NCBI GenBank assembly: GCA_947631015.1
Contig: CANRJS010000002.1
Coordinates: 1,726 to 65,725 of the forward strand
Length of the DNA: 64,000 bases
DNA from: an uncultured Clostridia bacterium
Lineage (GTDB): Bacteria; Bacillota; Clostridia; Oscillospirales; JAAYOS01
Direction of reading: 5' to 3'
In this document: piece after piece, positions 28,469 to 39,045 of the stretch
Numbering within the stretch: position 1 is the stretch's first letter
Layout: the number at the start of each line of letters is the position of its first letter
The notes under the pieces: model-generated
Database searches by the model: none
The model's input: the letters and a program-made list of their open reading frames with translations, nothing else
Told to the model about the DNA's origin: nothing
Translations under genes and position numbers: made by a program

Positions 28469-31111
28469 TCAGAACTGGAATTTCGGCATTTCCGCTATGG
28501 GGAAGCCGCGAGTCGGCGTGTAGCGGTACTCGTACTCGCCGTGCTCGAGCTCGAGAACGGCGTTCTCGCCGGACTTCTTCGCGCCCTCTATCACCGACGC
28601 GGAGCAGGCGGGGAGAACGAGCGTCGCCGTCGAGCCGAACGGCACCGCCGCTTTCACGGTGAGGACGCCGTCCTCAAGCCGCCACTCGCTCATGACGCGG
28701 CCTGCCGCCGTATTCACCTCGGCGCGAGCCCAGCCGAGCGCGTCGCTCGGTTCGGGAGCTATCGTGAAGCGGCGGTAGCCCGGCGCAGACTCGTCCGGGT
28801 TTATGCCGCACATGTTGCGGTACATCCACTCGACTATCGAGCCGTAGGCGTAGTGGTTGAGGGAGTTCATGCCGGTGTCCGAGATGTACCCGTCCGGCAT
28901 GACGGAGTTCCAGCGCTCCCAGACGGTCGTCGCGCCCATCTTCACCTCGTAGAGCCATGAGGGGTAGTCGTCGTTGAGGAGGAGACGGTATGCGTATCCG
29001 CTCGCGCCCATCATCGAGAGGGCGCGGCAGAGCCACGGTGTCCCGATAAAGCCGGTGTTGAGGTGCAGGTGGTTCTTTATAAGCGCCGCCGCAAGCTCGT
29101 GCGCCGTCTTTCCGCAGTCCGGCGTGATGCCGAGGAATATCGCGACGACATAAGCCGTCTGCGTAGTGACGGCGAGGCGTCCGGACGGAGTAAAATACTC
29201 CGCGCGGATAGCGGTAAGTATCTCGTTCGCGAGCTTTTCATACTCCTCCGCCTCCTCGGTCTTTCCGAGGACGCGCGCGGCGCGCGCCGTAAGCTGTGCG
29301 GAGTAGCGGTAGTAGGCGGAGCAGAGGAAGGTGTTCTCCGTGCCGCCGACGGGGGCGGAGGGCTCGGTGTAGTTGTCGAGGGCGAGCCAGTCTCCGAAGT
29401 GGAATCCGGTGTGCCAGAGGCGGGTGTCGCCGGTGTTCCTGTCCTCGCGGCGTATCCACTCGACCCACGCCTTCATATTGCGGTAGCAGTCCTCGAGGAC
29501 GCGTCGGTCGCCGTAGTGCAGGTAGACGTTCCACGGCACGACCGTCGCCGCGTCCCCCCATGCGACCGACCCGGACGCCGCGCCGGGGCCGAACTGTCCG
29601 ATGACGTCCGGGACGACGTGCGGGACGCTTCCGCCGTTCTTCTCCTGCTCCGCCCACATGTCGCGCATGACCTTCATATAGAACGCGTCGCAGTCGGCGT
29701 TCATACAGGCGGTGCCGCTGAACACCTGCGTGTCGCCCGTCCAGCCCATGCGCTCGTCGCGCTGGGGGCAGTCGGTCGGCACGTCCACGAAGTTTCCGCG
29801 CTGACCCCAGAGAGCATTGAGAAATAGGCGGTTGAGGTCGGGGTTCGAGGTCTCGATGCGTCCGGTCTCCTCGATATCCGAGTAGAGGACGCAGCCCGCA
29901 AAGTCGTCGCAGGCGGGCTCGCCGTCCCAGCCCTCGACCTTGACGTAGCGGAAGCCGTAGAAGGTGAAGTGCGGCCGCGCCTCGACCGGCCGTCCGTCCG
30001 AGATGTAGGTGTACTCCGCCTTCGCCGTGCGTAGATTGTCGCGGTAGAAGCAGCCGTCCTGAAGTATCTCGCCGAAGCTGAGCTTCACTATTCTGCCGGT
30101 CTCTGACGGCGCGGCGAACCTCAAAAAGCCCACCATGTTCTGCCCCATGTCGAGCACCGTTTCTCCCTTCGGGGTGTGTATGACCTCGACCGGGCTTATC
30201 ACGCGCTTTATCTTTACCGGGAGGCTAAGACGCTCCTCGAGCCCGCCGAGGCCGAGCGTCACGGTATGTACGCCGCCCCAGGCAGAGTCGTCATAATTTG
30301 CGCCGGAGGCGCCGGGGAGCGCCGCGCGCGCGTCGTACACCTCGCCGTCGTATATGCTCGCGGAGACTACCGGCGACCGCGTGCTCCGCCAGTCCTCGCC
30401 GGTGGTGAAGACCTCGTGCGAGCCGTCCTCGTAGTCGACGTGCAGTTCGCAGGTGAAGGCGAGCTTCTTTGTGTAGTAGTGCGGAGTGTCCGCGTTAAAG
30501 CCGAGCCTCCCCGCCCAGCCCTGTCCGAGCATGGCGAGGGCGGCGTTCTTTCCCGGCATGACGAGCTTCGTTATGTCGTAGGTCTGGTACTGTATCCACC
30601 TGTCGTAAGCGTTGTAGCCCGGGGTGAGGTACTCGTCCCCGACGCGCGCGCCGTTTATCTCGAGCTCGTAGAGGCCGATGCCCGAGACGTAGGCGCGGGC
30701 GCGCACCGGCGCGCCGCGCAGCTCGAACGTGCCGCGAAGATAGGGTGGCTCGCCCTCGCCGAGGTCGGCGGCTATCCACGGAGCCGTCCACGGCTCGTCC
30801 ATCTTACCGGTCTCGAACCACGCGCAGGCGGAGGCGCTGTCGCCCCCGTCGCCCGTGACCTTCACGCGCCAGTAGTAGCGGGTGCGCGGCTCAAGCGTGA
30901 GCTCCGGCTCGAAGGAGAGCGAGTCTATCTCCGCGCGCTCGCCGCTCGAATATACGACGTCGCGGAAATCCTCGTCAAGCGCCACGTCCACACAGGCGGA
31001 CGCCTGCCGCTTCGACGGCGTGTCCTCCACGACCCACGAGAGGCGCGGACGTCCGAGGCGGAAGCCGAGCGGATTTGTTATCCTGTTTGTCTTGAGACGG
31101 GTGAGCTTCAT
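28469..31111 (-). CDS. Alpha-L-rhamnosidase (GH78)
   Basis: PTDCPQRDERMGWTGD, GATTVWERW, SLNHY. Confidence 0.93.
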   Translation of the reverse strand: MKLTRLKTNRITNPLGFRLGRPRLSWVVEDTPSKRQASACVDVALDEDFRDVVYSSGERAEIDSLSFEPELTLEPRTRYYWRVKVTGDGGDSASACAWFETGKMDEPWTAPWIAADLGEGEPPYLRGTFELRGAPVRARAYVSGIGLYELEINGARVGDEYLTPGYNAYDRWIQYQTYDITKLVMPGKNAALAMLGQGWAGRLGFNADTPHYYTKKLAFTCELHVDYEDGSHEVFTTGEDWRSTRSPVVSASIYDGEVYDARAALPGASGANYDDSAWGGVHTVTLGLGGLEERLSLPVKIKRVISPVEVIHTPKGETVLDMGQNMVGFLRFAAPSETGRIVKLSFGEILQDGCFYRDNLRTAKAEYTYISDGRPVEARPHFTFYGFRYVKVEGWDGEPACDDFAGCVLYSDIEETGRIETSNPDLNRLFLNALWGQRGNFVDVPTDCPQRDERMGWTGDTQVFSGTACMNADCDAFYMKVMRDMWAEQEKNGGSVPHVVPDVIGQFGPGAASGSVAWGDAATVVPWNVYLHYGDRRVLEDCYRNMKAWVEWIRREDRNTGDTRLWHTGFHFGDWLALDNYTEPSAPVGGTENTFLCSAYYRYSAQLTARAARVLGKTEEAEEYEKLANEILTAIRAEYFTPSGRLAVTTQTAYVVAIFLGITPDCGKTAHELAAALIKNHLHLNTGFIGTPWLCRALSMMGASGYAYRLLLNDDYPSWLYEVKMGATTVWERWNSVMPDGYISDTGMNSLNHYAYGSIVEWMYRNMCGINPDESAPGYRRFTIAPEPSDALGWARAEVNTAAGRVMSEWRLEDGVLTVKAAVPFGSTATLVLPACSASVIEGAKKSGENAVLELEHGEYEYRYTPTRGFPIAEMPKFQF

Positions 31112-31178
31112 ACTGTTCCTCCATTCATTCTGTAATATATAGCCGGCGGGACGGCGTCCCGCATGTATTCCGTTTAAC

Positions 31179-32075
31179 TCAGCGCCGCGCCCTGTCCTTT
31201 GCGCGGTAGGGGTCGAACTCCTTCGCCTCCGCGTATATGCGGAGGTAGCTTTCGTAGCGGCTCGCGGGTATCTCTCCCGCCTCGACCGCCTCCCGGACGG
31301 CGCAGCCACGGTCGCTGCCGTGTGCGCAGCCGTGGAATCGGCACTTCCCGAGGTAGGGCGTGAACTCGGGAAAGCAGTCCTCAAGCTCCTCCGGCGGAAT
31401 GTGGGTCTCCTCGCCGTCGTCAAAGGAGGAAAATCCGGGGGTGTCCGCGACGGTCGCGCCGTCGAGGTCGAACAGCTCGACGTGGCGCGTGGTGTGCCGT
31501 CCCCTGCCGATGCGCTCGTTTATCGCGCCGGTCTCGGCGCGCGCGGCGGGCAGTATGCGGTTGATGAGGCTGCTCTTTCCCACGCCGCTCACCCCCGCAA
31601 ACGCGCAGAACCTTCCCCGGAGCGCTCGCAGGAGCTCGTCCGTCCCCTCGCCGGTCGCGGCGGAGACGATGTGCGTCTCTATCCCGCTGCGGCGGTATAT
31701 CTCCGCCTCGGCCTCCGCGCGGCGGAGGTCGCTCTTGTTGAACACCACCACCGGCGTTACGCCCTTCCTGCGCGCGACGACCGTCATGCGGTCGACGAGC
31801 GGCAGCGGCGTCACCGGCGGCGCGGCGGACGCGACTATCGCGAGCGTGTCGAGGTTTGCCACCGGCGGACGCTCGAACGCGGAGGAGCGCGGAAGCAGCT
31901 CCACCACATACGCAAGCCTGTCCTCGTGGGTCTCGACGCGCGCGATGTCCCCTATCATCGGGGTTATCCCGTCCCTGCGAAAACGTCCGCGAGCGCGGCA
32001 CTCCAGAATGCCGCGCTCGGTCTTTACATAGTAGAATCCGCCTATGCCCTTGTATATCCTTCCGGTCTCTGTCAT
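31179..32075 (-). CDS. rsgA: Ribosome small subunit-dependent GTPase A
   Basis: NKSD, GVSGVGKSS, GRHTT, DTPG, Cys/His Zn finger. Confidence 0.95.
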   Translation of the reverse strand: MTETGRIYKGIGGFYYVKTERGILECRARGRFRRDGITPMIGDIARVETHEDRLAYVVELLPRSSAFERPPVANLDTLAIVASAAPPVTPLPLVDRMTVVARRKGVTPVVVFNKSDLRRAEAEAEIYRRSGIETHIVSAATGEGTDELLRALRGRFCAFAGVSGVGKSSLINRILPAARAETGAINERIGRGRHTTRHVELFDLDGATVADTPGFSSFDDGEETHIPPEELEDCFPEFTPYLGKCRFHGCAHGSDRGCAVREAVEAGEIPASRYESYLRIYAEAKEFDPYRAKDRARR

Positions 32076-32076
32076 C

Positions 32077-34248
32077 TTATCTGCCGAACGTCACGGAGTA
32101 GCTGTCGTGGAGAACGTCGTCAAAGTATATCTCGACCTGCTGGGTGCCGGTGCCGGATATGGCGACAGTGTATACCATTTCTGCGGTATTTACCGTCGCG
32201 TTGTGGACGGAGACGCCGCCGACGTATATCGTGATCCTGACGGTCTCGCGCCCGTCCTGCGGAAGCGTTATGCTGAGCATGCGGCTCGACGTCGCGGGCG
32301 TCGGGGTGGTCGAGGGCTCCGTGGACGGCGTGGGCTCGCTCGAGGCGGGTCCCGCCGGAATGTCACTCGGTTCGCTCGAAACCGGCTCGGAGGACACCGG
32401 CGCGGACGGCTCGGTGCTCGGCTCGGTCGAGGACGGTGCGGACGGCTCGACGGACGGTTCCTCGGAGGGCTCCTCCGAGACTTCCGCGCTCGGGTCGACG
32501 TAGAACGCGCCGTTCGAGACGTAGAGCGTGACCTTAGTGCCCTTGTCGACCTCCAGTCCCTGAGGAACGCTCTGGTTTACGACCTCGCCCGCGGGCTTGT
32601 CGCTCTCCTGCGTGCGCGTGCCGCCATAGGTGAGGCCGAGCGCCTCTATCGCGGCTATGGCGTCCTGCTCGGTCCTGCCGACGAGGTCCGGCATGACCGC
32701 CTGCTCGGTCTCCGGGCCGAGGGAAATGTACAGCGTCACCGTCTCCCCCTCGCCGAGCGAGCTGAACGCCGGAGGCTCGGTGCGTATGACGTCGTTCTGA
32801 AGGACGGTCTCGCTGAACTCGTACTGTGTCTCGCCGACGGTGAGGTCGAGGCGGCGTATCTCGTTTTCCGCGTCCCGGTACTCGTAGTCGGAGAGGTCGG
32901 GAAGCTCGATGGTGCGCGGCCCGCGGCTCACGGTGAGCGTAACCGTGGCTCCGGGCTCGACGCTCCGTCCCGCGCTCGGGCTCTGCTTGAGGACGGTGCC
33001 CGCAGGCTCGTCGGCATACTCCACCGTCGTCGACTCGACGATGGTGAAGTCGCCGCCGTTCGACACGTCGTACTGCTCCATCACATCGTCGTAGAGCAGG
33101 CCCATCTCGACAAAGTCGGGCACGCTCACCTTGGTATTTTCCGGGTTTATCAGCGGGTCTACGACCTGCCACAGGAAGCGTATCATCACCGCGACGAGCG
33201 CGAGCACGAGCAGCACCGCGAATATCATCGCGACGATGCCGAAGCGGCTCCTGCCACGCGGTTCCTTCTTCTTTTTCTTCTTCTTTACTTCGGGCTTTGC
33301 GGTGCGGACCGCCGCCTTCGGCTGCTGCACGGCCGGATGCGGCTGCGCGTCGCTCACGGCGGGTATCTTCCGCGTAGGCTCGTCCGCGCTGTCGATATAT
33401 CCGAAGACGGTGTTCGGGTCCTTGCGGAACTGCTCGAGGTCCTGATACATCTCGTCGGCGGACTGGTAGCGGCGCTCGATGTCGGGGCACATCGCGTGCA
33501 TCGTTATCTCCTCGAGGCCGACCGGTATCGACTCGTCTATCTCACGCGGATTGAGCGGCATCGAGTTGATGTGCTGTATGGCTATGGCGACGGCGCTGTC
33601 TCCCTCGAACGGGAGACGTCCCGTAAGCATCTCGTAGAGCACGACGCCTACCGAGTAGATGTCGCTCCGCGCGTCGCACGCGCCGCCTTTCGCCTGCTCC
33701 GGCGAAATGTAGTGTACCGAGCCGAGTGCCTCCTGCGTGAGCGTGCTCTGCGCGGAGGCAAAGCGAGCTATGCCGAAGTCCGCGACCTTCACGCTGCCGT
33801 CCCGCAGGACCATGATGTTGTGCGGCTTTATGTCGCGGTGGATTATACCCCGCGAATGGGCATGGCTCAACGCCCGTACTATCTGGGTGGTGAAATGCAG
33901 CGCCTCGCGCCAGTTGAGACGATCCTTCAGGCTCATGTAGTGCTTGAGGGTTATGCCGTCTATCAGTTCCATGACGAGATATTCGATACCCTGCGAGCGG
34001 TTGACGTCATAGACCGCGACGATGTTCGGGTGACTGAGCATCGCCACCGCCTGGCTCTCCGCGTGAAAGCGGCGGCGGAACTCCTCGTCCCGCGCGTACT
34101 CGGGCCGCAGTATCTTTATAGCTACAAAGCGCCCAAGGCGGTGGTCCCTCGCCTTGTAGACGACGGCCATTCCGCCTTCCCCGACCTTCTCCACTATCTC
34201 GTAGCGGTTATCGAGCATCAAGCCGATGTAGCTGTCCTTTGCGTCCAT
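32077..34248 (-). CDS. pknB: PASTA-domain Ser/Thr kinase
   Basis: HRDIKPHN, DFGIA, TM helix, three PASTA repeats. Confidence 0.95.
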   Translation of the reverse strand: MDAKDSYIGLMLDNRYEIVEKVGEGGMAVVYKARDHRLGRFVAIKILRPEYARDEEFRRRFHAESQAVAMLSHPNIVAVYDVNRSQGIEYLVMELIDGITLKHYMSLKDRLNWREALHFTTQIVRALSHAHSRGIIHRDIKPHNIMVLRDGSVKVADFGIARFASAQSTLTQEALGSVHYISPEQAKGGACDARSDIYSVGVVLYEMLTGRLPFEGDSAVAIAIQHINSMPLNPREIDESIPVGLEEITMHAMCPDIERRYQSADEMYQDLEQFRKDPNTVFGYIDSADEPTRKIPAVSDAQPHPAVQQPKAAVRTAKPEVKKKKKKKEPRGRSRFGIVAMIFAVLLVLALVAVMIRFLWQVVDPLINPENTKVSVPDFVEMGLLYDDVMEQYDVSNGGDFTIVESTTVEYADEPAGTVLKQSPSAGRSVEPGATVTLTVSRGPRTIELPDLSDYEYRDAENEIRRLDLTVGETQYEFSETVLQNDVIRTEPPAFSSLGEGETVTLYISLGPETEQAVMPDLVGRTEQDAIAAIEALGLTYGGTRTQESDKPAGEVVNQSVPQGLEVDKGTKVTLYVSNGAFYVDPSAEVSEEPSEEPSVEPSAPSSTEPSTEPSAPVSSEPVSSEPSDIPAGPASSEPTPSTEPSTTPTPATSSRMLSITLPQDGRETVRITIYVGGVSVHNATVNTAEMVYTVAISGTGTQQVEIYFDDVLHDSYSVTFGR

Positions 34249-34263
34249 AAACAAAAACCTCCG

Positions 34264-34998
34264 CTAGATCTCGAGCAGTACGACGGTTATGTTGTCTCTC
34301 CCGCCGCGCGAGTTCGCTATCTCCACAAGGCGCTCGCATGCGAGGCTCTTGTCCCCGCCGTGCAGTACCTCATAAAGCATCTCCTGTTCTTCGACCATAT
34401 TCGTGAGCCCGTCCGAGCAGAGAAGTATGTGCTCGCCGGGGTTCATTTCCCTGTAATACACGTCGCATTCGGTTTCTTCGTCCACACCGACCGCGCGCGT
34501 TATCAGGTTCCGCGAGGGGTGACGCCGCGCCTGTTCTGCGGTGATGTCCCCCTGTATCATCATATCCTCGACAAGCGAATGGTCGCGCGTCAGGCGCTCG
34601 ATACCGCCGCTTGTGATGAGGTAAGCTCTGCTGTCGCCTATGTTCGTTATCACCATCCGCCGCCCGGAGGCGACGGCCGCGACAAGCGTGGTGCCCATTC
34701 CGCTGTACTCCGGCGAGGCGAGGCTGCGCTCGTAAACGTCGCTGTTCGCGCGCTCGCACGCGTCCCGCGCGAGCGCCTTGAGAAATTCCGCGTCCCTCTC
34801 GCCGCCGGGCAGGCGCGAACGCACCTCCTCGGCAAAGGAGCTCGCCGCGATGGCGCTCGCCACCGCACCGCCCTTCGCTCCGCCCATACCGTCACAGACC
34901 ACGCAGACAGTGTTCCCCTGTGCGTCCAGTTCGATGAAATAAGTGTCCTGATTTTCCGTCCGTACTTTCCCTATGTCGGTTTTCCCCCATGCCCGCAC
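34264..34998 (-). CDS. stp1: PP2C-type Ser/Thr phosphatase (Stp1/PrpC)
   Basis: DGMGG, GDSRAY, CSDGL, DNIT. Confidence 0.93.
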   Translation of the reverse strand: MRAWGKTDIGKVRTENQDTYFIELDAQGNTVCVVCDGMGGAKGGAVASAIAASSFAEEVRSRLPGGERDAEFLKALARDACERANSDVYERSLASPEYSGMGTTLVAAVASGRRMVITNIGDSRAYLITSGGIERLTRDHSLVEDMMIQGDITAEQARRHPSRNLITRAVGVDEETECDVYYREMNPGEHILLCSDGLTNMVEEQEMLYEVLHGGDKSLACERLVEIANSRGGRDNITVVLLEI

Positions 34999-35028
34999 GG
35001 GAAACACCTCCCTTCCGCGTAGTCTTTT

Positions 35029-36069
35029 CTATCCTTCGGTTCGCTCCTCCGCGCTCCTGCGGCGGCGGAGCTGTCCGCATGCCGCGTCTATGTCCGCGCC
35101 CATCTTTCTGCGGACGGTGACGTTCACGCCGCGCCGCTCGAGTATCGACTTGAAGCGCGCCACCCGCTCGGGCGGGCTCGGCTCGAGCATGGAGCCGTCC
35201 ACGTGGTTGAGCGGTATCAGATTGACGTGTCCGTCGCTTCCCGCAAGGAGCGACGCAAGCGCCTCCGCCTGCGCGTCACTGTCGTTCACGCCGTCCGCGA
35301 GCAGGTATTCGTAGCTTACACGCCGGCCGGTCTTTTTCCGGTACTCCGAGCATCTGCGGATGAGCTCCTTCACCCCTCCGCCGGTGCGGTTTACCGGCAT
35401 GAGGCGCGAGCGCGTCTCGTCGTCCGGCGCGTGGAGCGACACCGACAGCGTAAGCTGAAGGTCGAGCTCCGCTAGGCGCTCTATGCCGCCCTCCGGGCCG
35501 CAGGTGGAAAGCGAGATGTGGCGCATTCCTATCCCCGCGCCCTCCTCCGCGCCGACAAGGCGAAGGAACTTTATGACGTTTTCAAAATTGTCGAGCGGCT
35601 CGCCTATCCCCATCAGAACGATGTTCGATATCTTCTCACCGCTCTCGCGTTCGCTGCACTGCACCTCGTCAAGTATCTCGCCCGGCGTGAGGTCGCGCAC
35701 GCGTCCTCCGCGCGTGGAGGCGCAGAACGCGCACCCCATCCTGCACCCCACCTGCGTGGATATGCAGACGGTGCTGCCGTGCCTGTACCGCATGACGACG
35801 CTCTCGACGCTCGCCCCGTCGTAAAGTCCCCAGAGCAGCTTCACCGTCCCGTCCCGCGATACTTGCTTTGCAAGCACCTCCGGCGGAGTGAGCCGGCAGC
35901 AGGCCGAAAGCTTCTCGCGGAGCGGCGCGGGGAGGTTTGTCATCTCCCCGAAGCTGCGGGCTCCGTCCGCCGTCCAGCGCCAGAGCTGATCCGCGCGGAA
36001 GCGCGGCTCGCCGAGCGACTGCATGAGCTCGGAGATCTCGGTGCGGTCCATGCTCCTTATATCATACAT
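35029..36069 (-). CDS. rlmN: 23S rRNA m2A2503 methyltransferase
   Basis: CRMGCAFC, MGIGEP, AACGQL. Confidence 0.95.
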   Translation of the reverse strand: MYDIRSMDRTEISELMQSLGEPRFRADQLWRWTADGARSFGEMTNLPAPLREKLSACCRLTPPEVLAKQVSRDGTVKLLWGLYDGASVESVVMRYRHGSTVCISTQVGCRMGCAFCASTRGGRVRDLTPGEILDEVQCSERESGEKISNIVLMGIGEPLDNFENVIKFLRLVGAEEGAGIGMRHISLSTCGPEGGIERLAELDLQLTLSVSLHAPDDETRSRLMPVNRTGGGVKELIRRCSEYRKKTGRRVSYEYLLADGVNDSDAQAEALASLLAGSDGHVNLIPLNHVDGSMLEPSPPERVARFKSILERRGVNVTVRRKMGADIDAACGQLRRRRSAEERTEG

Positions 36070-37372
36070 CTTTTTCACCCAAAACGCAAATAAAAAATCC
36101 GTCTCTTGTGCCTTTTTCGCTCCAAAGCGACGCCCGGCCGTCCGGGAAATCTCCCATACCGCCGGAAAATGTGAAACTTTTTGTTTCGAAATTCGGATTG
36201 TTTGCAAGAAAATCGTCCACTATACTGTCATTTTCTTCCTTTCGCCATGTACACGTGCTGTATACGAGCCTGCCGCCCTTTTTTACGCATTTTGCCGCCG
36301 AATCGAGTATTTCCCGCTGCAAACGGGGCAGCTCCGCGACGTCTGTCGGGGTTTTGTAGCGTATGTCCGGCTTCTTGCGGATTATCCCGAGGCCGGAGCA
36401 GGGCACGTCGCAGATAACGCGGTCGAAGGCTCCGACCCATTCCGGCGGAACCTCTCTCGCGTCCCCCGAGCGCGTCTCTATGTCAAAGCCGAGCCTCCGC
36501 GCGCCGTCCTCCACGAGCTTCATCTTCGCCTCGGATATGTCGCTCGCGGTGACCCGTCCTCCCCGCACGGCCGCGCCGAAGCTCTTGCCGCCGGGCGCGG
36601 AGCAGAGGTCAAGGACGCTCATGCCTTCCTTCACGTCGAGCGCTTCCCCTGCAAGCTGACTGCTCACGTCCTGCACCCAGAAAAGGCCCTCACGAAAGCT
36701 CGGAAGGCGCGCTATGTCCCCCGAGCCGGTCATATCTATCGAACAGTCGAGCGCGCCGGGAGCGGCGTCCGCGCCCTCCCCGCGGAGGCGCGCGATAAGC
36801 GCGTCCCGCGTTATTCTTGCGGTGTTCGTCCTGAGCGTGACTGCGGGCGCGGTGTTGTCGGAGATAAGCTCCTCCTCCGCCTTCTCCATGCCACGGAGCG
36901 CGACGAGCTCGCGCACCATCCACTCCGGGTGCGACCAGCGTATCGAGAGCCGCCGGACGGGGTCGGTCTCCTCCACGTCGAGCGGGTGCTCGATGCGGCT
37001 CGCCGTGCGGAGCACCGCGTTGACGTACCCCGCCGAGCGGCGGTCGCGCCCGCGCATGAGCGCCACCGTCTCGCCCACGGCGGCGTGGGCGGGTATCCCG
37101 TCCGCGAAGAAGAGCTGGAACGCGCCGAGGCGGAGCGCCGCGAGGACGCGCCGCTCGAGCTTTCCGAGCGGTATCTTTGAGAGCTTTTCGAGGCGGTAGT
37201 CGAGCAGGATGCGGTTCTGCACTACGCCGCCCGCGAGGAAGGTCGCGAGCGCCGCGTCCCGCTTGTCCAGCCCCGCCGCGCGTATCGCCTCCGAGAAGTG
37301 CGCGGCGTCCCACTCGCCCGTTCCGTCCCAGCGGACGAGCTCTCGAAGCGCCGTTTCCCTTGCGCCGCCCAT
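36062..37372 (-). CDS. rsmB: 16S rRNA m5C967 methyltransferase
   Basis: DLCSAPGGKS, DVPCSGLG, YSTCT. Confidence 0.92.
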   Translation of the reverse strand: MGGARETALRELVRWDGTGEWDAAHFSEAIRAAGLDKRDAALATFLAGGVVQNRILLDYRLEKLSKIPLGKLERRVLAALRLGAFQLFFADGIPAHAAVGETVALMRGRDRRSAGYVNAVLRTASRIEHPLDVEETDPVRRLSIRWSHPEWMVRELVALRGMEKAEEELISDNTAPAVTLRTNTARITRDALIARLRGEGADAAPGALDCSIDMTGSGDIARLPSFREGLFWVQDVSSQLAGEALDVKEGMSVLDLCSAPGGKSFGAAVRGGRVTASDISEAKMKLVEDGARRLGFDIETRSGDAREVPPEWVGAFDRVICDVPCSGLGIIRKKPDIRYKTPTDVAELPRLQREILDSAAKCVKKGGRLVYSTCTWRKEENDSIVDDFLANNPNFETKSFTFSGGMGDFPDGRASLWSEKGTRDGFFICVLGEKDV

Positions 37373-38076
37373 CAGCTTCTCCTGTTCCTGCTTGACGTGA
37401 TGGCGACGAGCCGCAGGAGTTGCGCGAGGCTCACCGCGAGCGCCGCGACGTAGGTCAAAGCGGCGGCGGTGAGTACCTTCCTCGCGCCGCGAAGCTCCTC
37501 CTCGTCGAGCATCCCGCTCGAACGAAGCGTCTCCATGGCGCGGCGGGACGCGTTGAACTCCACCGGCAGCGTCACGAGCTGAAATACGACCGAGAGCGAG
37601 AAGCAGAGTATCCCCGCCGTCCAGAGCGCGGGGAAGGAGAATATGAGCCCGAGTATGACGAGCGGTATCGCGAGCGACGAGCCTATCTGCGTTATCGGGA
37701 TTATCGCCGCGCGCACCTTTATCGGGAAGTAGCCTGAGGAGTACTGCGCGGCGTGGCCCGCCTCGTGCGCCGCGACGCCGACCGCCGCGACCGTCGGGGC
37801 GGAGTACACCCCGTCCGACAGGCGTATCACGTTCGTCCTCGGGTCGAAGTGGTCGGTGAGCTCGCCCGCGACGCGCTCCACACGCACTCCGTAGACGTTG
37901 TTGTACCTCAGAACGCGCTCGGCGGCGGAAGCGCCGTCCATGGCGCGGCGCACCGGCGTCTGCGAATACTTCCTGAACGTGCTCTTGACGTGTATCTGGC
38001 ATATCAGCGATATGATAAGCGCCGGGATCACGAGAATGATATAGTAGATGTCGATATAGTAATATCCGAACGGCAT
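37372..38076 (-). CDS. Membrane zinc metallopeptidase (YugP-like)
   Basis: DHFDP, AAHEAGHA, TLPVEFNAS. Confidence 0.9.
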   Translation of the reverse strand: MPFGYYYIDIYYIILVIPALIISLICQIHVKSTFRKYSQTPVRRAMDGASAAERVLRYNNVYGVRVERVAGELTDHFDPRTNVIRLSDGVYSAPTVAAVGVAAHEAGHAAQYSSGYFPIKVRAAIIPITQIGSSLAIPLVILGLIFSFPALWTAGILCFSLSVVFQLVTLPVEFNASRRAMETLRSSGMLDEEELRGARKVLTAAALTYVAALAVSLAQLLRLVAITSSRNRRS

Positions 38077-38127
38077 AGCTTATCCGGAGGGGATGCCCCT
38101 CCGACCTCCTTTTCGGGAAAACCCGAT

Positions 38128-39045
38128 TTATTCGCCGAGCTTCGTCCCGGGTTCGATGCGGTGGCCGTTGAGCCACGCCTTCGCGCTCATACGCTTGCCG
38201 CCGGCGGCGGCTATGTCGGTAAGGACGACCGAGTCCTCGAGGCATGCGACCTCTATGCCCTCCCACGTCGAGACGACCGTGCCCGGCTCCCCCTCAGTAT
38301 GTCCGAGTGAGGCGGCGTAGAGCTTCATCGGCGCGCCGGAATATATTGTGAATGCTCCGGGGTCTGGATTCATGGCGCGGATGAGGTCGCGCACCTCTCG
38401 CGCGGGGCGCGCGAAGTCGACGCGGCAGTCCTCCCGCGTTATCTGTGCGGCGTAGACCGCGCCCTCCTCCGGCTGAGGCGCGCGCGGCGCCGTGCCGTCC
38501 TCAATGGCGCGTATAGTCTTTATCAGCAGCTCGCCGCCCATCTTCGCGTAGCGGTTGCGAAGGGTGCCGCCGGTGTCGTCCGGGCTTATCTGGGTCTCCT
38601 CGCTGAAGATGACGTCTCCGGTGTCAAGCCCCTCCGCCATGTACATCGTTGTGACGCCGCCGAGCGTGTCCCCCGCCTCTATGGCGCGCTGTATCGGCGC
38701 GGCTCCGCGCCAGCGCGGCAGGAGCGACGCGTGCATGTTGACGGCGCCGTACCTCGGGTAGTCGAGAACTTCCTTCGGGAGTATTCTTCCGTATGCCGCA
38801 ACGACGATGAGCTCCGGGTCGATGCTGCGGAGCAGGTCGCCGCATTTCTTTAGGCGGGTCGGCTGAAAGACTTCGACGCCGCGCTCAAGCGCGAGCGTCT
38901 TTACGGGCGGCGGCGTGAAGCGCATCTTTCTCCCCTGCGGCTTGTCCGGCTGGGTAAACACCGCGCGGACGTCCATGCCCGCGTCGAGAAGCGCGCGCAG
39001 ACACTCCGCCGCTATCTCCGGCGTACCCATAAAGAGTATCCTCAT
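38128..39045 (-). CDS. fmt: Methionyl-tRNA formyltransferase
   Basis: FMGTP, HASLLPRWRGAAPIQ. Confidence 0.96.
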   Translation of the reverse strand: MRILFMGTPEIAAECLRALLDAGMDVRAVFTQPDKPQGRKMRFTPPPVKTLALERGVEVFQPTRLKKCGDLLRSIDPELIVVAAYGRILPKEVLDYPRYGAVNMHASLLPRWRGAAPIQRAIEAGDTLGGVTTMYMAEGLDTGDVIFSEETQISPDDTGGTLRNRYAKMGGELLIKTIRAIEDGTAPRAPQPEEGAVYAAQITREDCRVDFARPAREVRDLIRAMNPDPGAFTIYSGAPMKLYAASLGHTEGEPGTVVSTWEGIEVACLEDSVVLTDIAAAGGKRMSAKAWLNGHRIEPGTKLGE

